NCBI RefSeq assembly: GCF_006345805.1
Contig: NW_021832888.1
Location: 1 to 29,783 of the forward strand
DNA: 29,783 bases
Direction: 5' to 3'
Origin: Octopus sinensis
Taxonomy: Eukaryota
Position 1 is the stretch's first letter, and the number at the start of each line of letters is the position of its first letter. The notes below the pieces were generated by a model, which searched no databases, had not been told where the DNA came from, and saw only the letters and a program-made list of their open reading frames with translations. The position numbers were made by a program, and so were the translations under genes. Positions 22,452 through 29,783 of the stretch are shown one piece after another.

Positions 22452-22662
22452 TTCTTTTTCTTTCTTCTTCTTCTTCTTCTTCTTCTTCTTCTTCTTCTTT
22501 CTTCTTCTCTTCTTCTTCTTCTTCTCTTTTCTCTTTCTCTTTTCTTCTTCTTCTTCTTCTTCTTCTTCTTCGTCTTCTTCTTCTTCTTCTTCTTTCTTCT
22601 TCTTCTCTTCTTCTTCTTCTTCTTCTTCTTCTTCTTCTTCTTCTTCTTCTTCTTCTTCTTCA
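22452..22662. repeat. (CTT)n microsatellite
   Basis: Directly visible. Confidence 0.98.
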
Positions 22663-22809
22663 TCCAGCTCAAAAACGTCCGTCCTGAACAAGGGCTGTTT
22701 AAGGATGTTGAACAAAACACCCATGTTTCTAAAGGTGAATTATTACCAAACTCCAAAGAATTCCTCTCAACACATGGCTATGATGCTCTCCTACTACTCG
22801 TGATCAGAG
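22660..22809 (+). mobile_element. Probable SINE 3' fragment of another family
   Basis: Non-coding island between two microsatellites. I recall it as an octopus repeat; there is no second copy in the window. Confidence 0.35.
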
Positions 22810-22810
<1 letters not shown>

Positions 22811-22866
<56 letters not shown>

Positions 22867-22882
22867 GTTATTATTATTATTA

Positions 22883-22934
<52 letters not shown>

Positions 22935-22957
22935 GCATTATCATTATTATTATTATT
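22811..22957. repeat. (TTA)n tract abutting the 3' end of an R4/Dong fragment
   Basis: Directly visible. Confidence 0.97.
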
Positions 22958-23650
22958 TTTTCCTTCTTTCTTCAAATTTTCTTCCGTTTCTCGCCGAGTA
23001 TTTTCCGTACACCTAGGGCAGAGAAGCACATTGTATGCATTCCCAGATTACACACGCAAATTCACAGATAAAAAATATGTATTTAAAAAATTAATAAATA
23101 AATAAATTCATGGATGGATGTTGTTTTCACAGCAATAATGCTCTTCTCAGTACATGAGTCGTTCCAGTTAACACGATTTTACGCACTTCATGTAGGGATG
23201 GTAAGCCTGGTATCATTTCCAAATTAAGGCGGCGAGCTGGCAGAAACGTTAGCACGCCGAGTGAAATGCGTAGCCGTATTTCGTCTGCCGTTAGGTCCTG
23301 AGTTCAAATTCCGCCGAGGTCGACTTTGCCTTTCATCCATTCGGGGTCGATTAAAAAAGTACCAGTCACGCACTGGGGTCGAATTAACCAACTTAATCCG
23401 TTTGTCTGTCCTTGTTTGTCCTCTCTGTGTTTAGCCCCTTGTGGGTAGTAAAGAAATAGAAATAGGTATCATTTCCAAATAGGGTTAAGTGCCTTGTTTT
23501 TAATCATTCCTAGAGTTCCTACAATCACTGGTACTGTAGTCGCCTTGAGATGCCACATTTTTCAATTTCTATTAGCAGGTCTTTATATTTACTGACCTTG
23601 TCAAATTCTTTCGCCGCTATAATGTGATCGCAAGGATGTCAATTAATAAA
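22958..23650 (-). mobile_element. 5'-truncated R4/Dong-like LINE of a second subfamily (RLE C-terminus plus 3' UTR), interrupted by a SINE
   Basis: Minus-strand translation: LLID..CDHIIAAKEFDKVSKYKDLLIEIE..WHLKATTVPVIVGTLGMIK..LEMIP|GLPSLHEVRKIVLTGTTHVLRRALLL*. Confidence 0.88.
23225..23464 (+). mobile_element. SINE family A, full length with 16-bp TSD
   Basis: TSD ggtatcatttccaaat at 23209-23224 and 23465-23480; B-box gagttcaaattcc; tail gaaatagaaata. Confidence 0.95.
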
Positions 23651-23654
23651 CATA

Positions 23655-26600
23655 TTATTATTATTATTATTCTATGTTTGACTTTTGCTTTATATTTGTA
23701 CAAGTTGCTCCAAGTCTCACCCAGAGACCTCAAGAGACAACAGGGCTGGAAGTTCATGTTGTTGTTATGCTAGTGTGCCTATATTTGGGGGGTGGGGATG
23801 TTGTTACTAATGAATGTCTAAAAAAAAAAAGGTTTTTTTTTTTTTTTTTTTTTTTTTAAACCGAAATTATGTTTGTTTTAAACCTTGAGATTACATAGAG
23901 AGTTTTTGCGTAGGATATGAGCAGTTCCCATGAGCACTATTTTTTGAACTTCTGCCATTTTTGGGTTTCCTGGTATCTGAGTTAGTAGCTATCAGCCCTT
24001 TTGCTATCATTCCCAGGGCACCTATGACAACAGGTATTGTTTAGTCTTCAGCTTCCACATTTTGCTGATTTCTATTTCAAGATCTTTATATTTGCTCAGT
24101 TTTTGGTAGGTCTTGACAGATACGTTTATATCGATTGGGACAGTCATATCAATGAGGAGGCATGTTCTTTGTTTGAAGTTTTTCAATATGATGTCTGGCC
24201 TATTTGCATCTATCTTCCTGTCAGTTTGAAGGGTGAAGTTCCAGAGGAGTGAGATGTGGTCATTTTCAAGCACTGGGGGTGGTTTGTGTTCCCACCAGTT
24301 TTTTTCATGGGGCAAATCCAGGTTTTTACAGATTACCCAGTGAATATATTGTGCAGCTCTATCGTGCCTGTTGAGATACTTGTAGTAGGCGCTAGAAGAC
24401 TGCACTTGGAGACCACATGGTCAATGGTTTCATTTGTTGCTTGCATACACGACACGTTGGACTGCTTCTGATCTTTAATATGTGGCCTGGTAGTTTCTTG
24501 TTGGTAGGCATTGATCTTGAGCTGCTATGATAAACCCCTCTGTTTCAGATTTTAAGCCAGAGGCCATTAGCCATTGATGGGTCAGGGCTTTGTCGAATCT
24601 GCATTATTCGCTCTCTTTGGGTATTGCCATAGAGAGGTTTTTCTTGCCATTTATTATTCAGAATATCTAAGGCCGCAGTTTTGGCACGGGTTTTCATGCG
24701 CCTAGCTTTTTCTGTGCTTGTTCTTGTATATCTATCTCTAATTCCGAAATTGGTTGTATTCGGAATTCACTTAGATATTCCTTTGCCTGTTTTGTGACTG
24801 AGTATGATGCTTTCTTGTTTTCATGTTTTGAGACAAGTTTTAGCATCCAGTCCTCAGAGTTTTTCAGGTAGGTGTCTAGGCCAATTGTAGCAATCTTCAT
24901 TGTTATTGCCAGTTGCAAAAGACCACGGCCTCCCTCTTTTCTTGGCAGATAGAGTCGTTCTGTATCTGCCTTAGGGTGGTGCATTCTATGCATTGTCAAC
25001 AGTTTCCTTATTTTCTGTCGAGCTGACATATTTCAGTAATTGACCAGTTAACAATATTGAAACTGTAAGTCACGACTGGTATAGCTAATGCATTGATTGC
25101 TTCGATCCTGTTTCTTGCATTCAGCTCTGTCTTGAGTATTGCTCTCACTCTTCGATAGCATTCTCTCCTGATCCTTTCCTTCATCTCTGAATGGCCTTAT
25201 TCCGTTCCCTTCAATTATCCCTAGGTACTTGTAGCTCTCCGCTGGGTCTAGTTCTTTTATGACATTCTGTTGGTCAAGGTTAACGTTAGATGTTTCTGTC
25301 ATTTTTCCTTTGATAAAGGTAGCTTTGCACATTTATCGAGGCCGAATTGCATTCTGATGTCGTCACTGAATTGTTTGACTATCGCTAGTAAGCCCTTGAG
25401 TGTTGATCATTTTTTGCAAAAAGCTTTAAATCATCCATGTAAACGAGATGATTTATATTTTTATCAAACATTTTATACCCGTACTGCGCATCATTGAGCA
25501 GCTTTGAGAGAGGTATTAAGGATAAACAAAAGGAGTGGTGACAGTGAGTCACCCTGGAAAATGCCACACGAAATTTTTACATCACCAGCATTTAGGGATT
25601 CACTGTCACTGTTCAGAGTTAGTGTGGTTCTCCATGATCTCATACTTACAGTCAAGAAGTTTCGCAGAGTTGGTGCTATCTTATACATTTCAAGGCATTT
25701 CCTAATCCAGCTATGTGGTAGGCTATCAAAAGCCTTTTTATAGTCTATCCAGGCTATTGATAAGTTTTTGTGTCGTTTGTGACAATCTTCTAAGATCATC
25801 TTATTGATGAGTAGTTGGTCTTTACAGCCGTAGGATCCACGTTTACATCCTTTCTGTTCATTAGGGAATATGCTGCTGTCTGTTAAAAAACTATAGGTAT
25901 ATTCCGTCAGGACAGATGTTAGTGTTTTGTACATAGTGTTAAGCAGGTTATGGGTCTATAGTTTTTTGGTTCATTTGTTTCTTCACTTTTGGAAGCAGGA
26001 ATGTAAACCCATTAACTAGCCAAGGAGGCATCCTACTAGGGTGTTGCAAAACATCATTGTACAGTTCTGTTAGCAGTTCATGGCTCTCTGGGAAGGCATT
26101 CAGCCAGAAGTTAGGAATTATCCTTTCTGGAGACTTCCATTTGCTTGACCTCCTGAGAGCAGATCTTATATCTTATACCTTGACACCCTCCCACTTTTGC
26201 TCTTCTAAGGGGTCCAGTTCTGTAGATATTCTGTCAATCCAGGGGGCCTTTTCGTTGTGTGTTTTTCTTCTGCCCAGATTTTATTCCAAAATCTCTGCAC
26301 TTCTTCTTTTGATGGTACAGACCCTGCAGTAAACGCTGTTTTTCCTATCTTCCTGTAAAAATTGTGGTTATTTTTGAACATGTTGTTGTCCTTGAAAAAT
26401 CTAACACGCTTTTCATCTCGCTATGCGGGCAGCTTTGGCAGATACCTTTTGTTGATGGTTTCTATGGTGGCATCATATCAAGTATAGTTTTCATATTGTA
26501 TTTTTTCAGTAATTTTGGGTTTTGTAGGTTTGGTAATCTTGTGAGCCTTAAGGTTTTTCAAATATTCAATGTCAGATCTAAATATTTTAATTTGTTGTTG

Positions 26601-27672
26601 CAGACGCTCTTGCCAAGAAGGCTTTTTGTGGGACTGTTGCCGTTTTCTAATCTTACACCACATAGGATCGTTGAGATTTTCGCGGATGCATAGTATAGGT
26701 GGTTGAGGTTTGTGATATCAACATCATTAACTGAAATTATATCCTAAGTGCAAGCCGGATTTTACCAATTATTTTCATGTTTTGGTTAGAGTTGCGGATT
26801 TTAGGAAGTGTATCACGTTCATCCATGCTGGTTTCTTTAATTTTCAGCCATTCAATCATGATTTGATTTTTTAGCTCATGTAGTTCTGTTGGGTCAATAT
26901 TTGTGTGACTTTCTTTATCTATTTGATGCTCATCTGTCTTAGTGTTTATGATTGGTTCAGGGCGTATTTCACTTTGCCTATCACTATACTAACTCTTTCA
27001 ATCCTCTCTTCGTTTTATCTGCCCTGGGCTGGTCTATATCATTTCCTCTGTATTATCTTCTCTAGCTGCAGCTTCGTTCATTTTATCCGATATTGCTTGT
27101 CTAACCTGATCAATCTCTACTTCAGTCAGTAATTTCTTTATAATGTTTCTTCTAACATTGGCAAGCTTGTTACTGTCTATGTAGGGTTACTTCAGGGTGT
27201 TTCTGTCTCCAGTTTAAGTATGCTTGTACAGTGCTAGACTTATCTGTGGGGAAATATATGGCATGGTAGAAGGCCTCAAGAACTTCTTTATTATCTTCCC
27301 TAGACCATTTTTCCTTCTTTTTCTTTTGATTATTTGGTGATGAGCATGGATGGCCATCTGTTGGAATATTCCGGTGTTGGGGTTCGTCCAGCTCCTGTGT
27401 TGGGAAGATTTGATCCAGTAACTGATTTTTCAATCAGGATTTGGTTCAATTTTCGGGTACGTGGTCTTTTGTAATCCGCGCAATGACCAATGCGGTTTAT
27501 TGTTTGATTTGTTGACCTTGAAGCATGACGAGCATCCATTCTTATATTAGGAGATGGATCTGTCAGTTTAGGGTTCATACTTGTAAGCATTGCTCATAGC
27601 GCCGCTTCTTAAGACTAGCAGATCTATATTCGTCTGATTTTTTTTGTTGTGATAGTTTTATCTCCGGACATT
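23655..27672 (-). mobile_element. Near-full-length R4/Dong-like non-LTR retrotransposon (single ORF: RT, CCHC knuckle, restriction-like endonuclease), frameshifted
   Basis: N-terminal KWSREDNKEVLEAFY; RT motifs EQKGC, GCKDQLLIN, WIDYKKAFDSLPHSW, GIFQGDSLSPL, YMDDLKLFA, YKYLG; RLYLPRKEGGRGL; CRVC..TIDHVVSKC; RLE motifs RHD, RPD, LLID, K..KY; 3' UTR ending in (TAA)n at 23654-23671. Confidence 0.95.
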
Positions 27673-28621
27673 TTTTTTTTTTTTCCTTTCCTCCTCTTCC
27701 TTCTTCAAGGCTTACAGTGTGTCTGTATTAGTTCGAAATAATGAGATAAAATACGAAAAGGAAACGAAAAGAAAGGGAAAAAGACGGGATCTGTCAGTTA
27801 TTATTGTTATTACTATCATCTTCACCACCATCACCATCATCAGCAACATCACCATCACCATCATCATCTTCAATGACATTGTTTTATGTGTAGCCACAGC
27901 CACCATCAACACTCCATTGTGTTGGAGAATGGGTGGTTAAAGAATTCATGTTCTTTGGGTCTATAAATGGTGGAGACAAAGGACGTTAATGGTCAGTAAA
28001 AGGTCAAACCTGTTTACGTTTATTTATTTATTTATTTATTTTTTTTTCCCTTTCTCTTTCTTCTTCACCACATGCATATGTATATGTATTATATGTATAT
28101 TCACTCACACATATTATCTGATTTTTCGTCGAAGATTTTTTTTTCTTTTTTTAATAACTTTCTGAGTTCAATGTTATGTATATATTTTTAAATTTCTGAA
28201 TTCAGTTGTATGTATATAGTAGTAGGTGCTTAATTCCATAACTTTTATCGTGCATTTAATGTGTTGTGTTACAATAAAAGGTAATTAAAGGCAATTTTAC
28301 ACATTCTTATAGTCATGAGAGACGACTAAATGTAAATGTTCACACAGAATTGGAGATATTATGTTTCTAATTTTCTTGTTAGGTGTACGTTTGTATGAGC
28401 TGTAGATATGTAAGTTTTTTTTTTTACTTATTTTGAGGGTAATTCAAATTACTTACAGTAAACAGTAGATCTTCCAGTTTTCTACAGTTGACCTGCTGGG
28501 TTCGCTGTTGCCAGTTCAGAGCATCGTAAAAATACGTCCATCCTCTGTCACGTCCAGCCGCCTTATTATTATCATTATTACTATAATTACTATTGTTGTT
28601 GTTGCTGTTATTAGTATTATA

Positions 28622-28795
28622 AAGGCGGCGAGCTGGCAGAATCGTTTGCACGTCAGAAAAAAATGCTTAGGAACATTTCGTCCGTCTTAAAATACTCAAA
28701 TCAAATAGCACTGAGGTCGACGTTACCTTTCATCCTTTCTGGGTCGATAAAATAAGTACAACTTGAACACTGACCTTATGCCAAAATTTGAAACC
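28622..28795 (+). mobile_element. Diverged SINE family A
   Basis: aaggcggcgagctggcagaatcg...gaggtcgacgttacctttcatcctttctgggtcgataaaataagtac. Confidence 0.85.
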
Positions 28796-29087
28796 ATCAT
28801 CATGATCATCATGATCATGATCATGATCATCATCATTATTGTTGTTGTTGTTGTTTTACTATCACTTCAGTTATCAAAGGGACTTTTCAATTGGTTTCGT
28901 ATTGTTTCTGTCTTGACAATATACTGATTTCTCTATCGATTATTATGTTTTCACAAGTGGACGGTGATTAATAGCCTGCCAGGCTTCAATTATCGTTGAT
29001 CTGTCAGTATGGCCCTCTGTCTGTCTATATAGATATATATGTATCTGTATGGAAGAAATATCTGTCTCTTTGTCCGTCTCTCTTTAT

Positions 29088-29089
29088 CC

Positions 29090-29186
<97 letters not shown>

Positions 29187-29187
29187 A

Positions 29188-29235
<48 letters not shown>
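29088..29235. repeat. (TATC)n microsatellite
   Basis: Directly visible. Confidence 0.98.
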
Positions 29236-29257
<22 letters not shown>

Positions 29258-29595
29258 AATCCTCCATGCATTAATCTGCCCATCTGTCCATTCATCCATC
29301 CATGCATCTATCTATCCATCTATCTCTACATGTATGTGTTCATCATACGGCCATCTCTGCAGCAGTTCATTCATGTGTCTGTCCGATTTATTATCTCATC
29401 TTTCTTTCTTTCTTTCTTTCTTTTTTCTTTCTTTCTTTCTTTTCTTGTCTTTATTTTTCCTATCTATCTTTTCTTTTTATTCTTTTCATTGGAATGAATA
29501 ACTAAATTTATTTCTCCGGTCACAGTATGTGCATATGATAGCCAAGGTTACATGCAAAGTTTAAGTTGCATCGTATTTCCGCTGATGAAGGTTTC

Positions 29596-29720
29596 ACATA
29601 CATACATACATACATACATACATACATACATACATCATACATACATACATACATACATACATGCATGCATGCATACATAATACATACATACATACATGCA
29701 TACATACATACATACATATA
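29596..29720. repeat. (TACA)n microsatellite
   Basis: Directly visible. Confidence 0.97.
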
Positions 29721-29783
29721 TAAAGCTAATTCGAATTATACATAAAGTTAATACGAAGTCTACAGATCCAATCCATCACTGGA

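Noticed and set aside
29581-29600. Hammerhead starting ctgatgaagg
   Set aside because: No stem II partner or GAAAC box follows within the window; it runs into (TACA)n.
1103-29717. Low-complexity ORFs in the track (poly-YI, poly-S, poly-M, KERK, YLSI and similar)
   Set aside because: They are translations of microsatellites that lack stop codons in some frames.

Overview
AT-rich, microsatellite-dense eukaryotic DNA (intronic or intergenic). The tRNA-derived SINE families look like those of coleoid cephalopods (Octopus-type); this is recognition from memory, not a database result. No host gene can be supported, and almost all ORF-track entries are microsatellite artefacts. The window is a stack of mobile elements: a near-full-length R4/Dong-like RLE LINE (~23655-27672, minus), several older R4/Dong, RTE and L1/Tx1-like fragments, an internally deleted Tigger/pogo transposon, and at least four SINE families. 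The most interesting system is a Penelope-like element (PLE) family. A GIY-YIG endonuclease remnant (21762-22257) runs directly into a tRNA-derived Pol III head. The same head begins three short non-coding insertions with the layout tRNA head - (AAT)n - minimal type I hammerhead ribozyme - tail. Two of these carry PLE-style inverted segments and 12-bp target-site duplications. The data suggest a tRNA-headed, ribozyme-bearing pseudo-LTR that moves on its own like a SINE but uses Penelope machinery.
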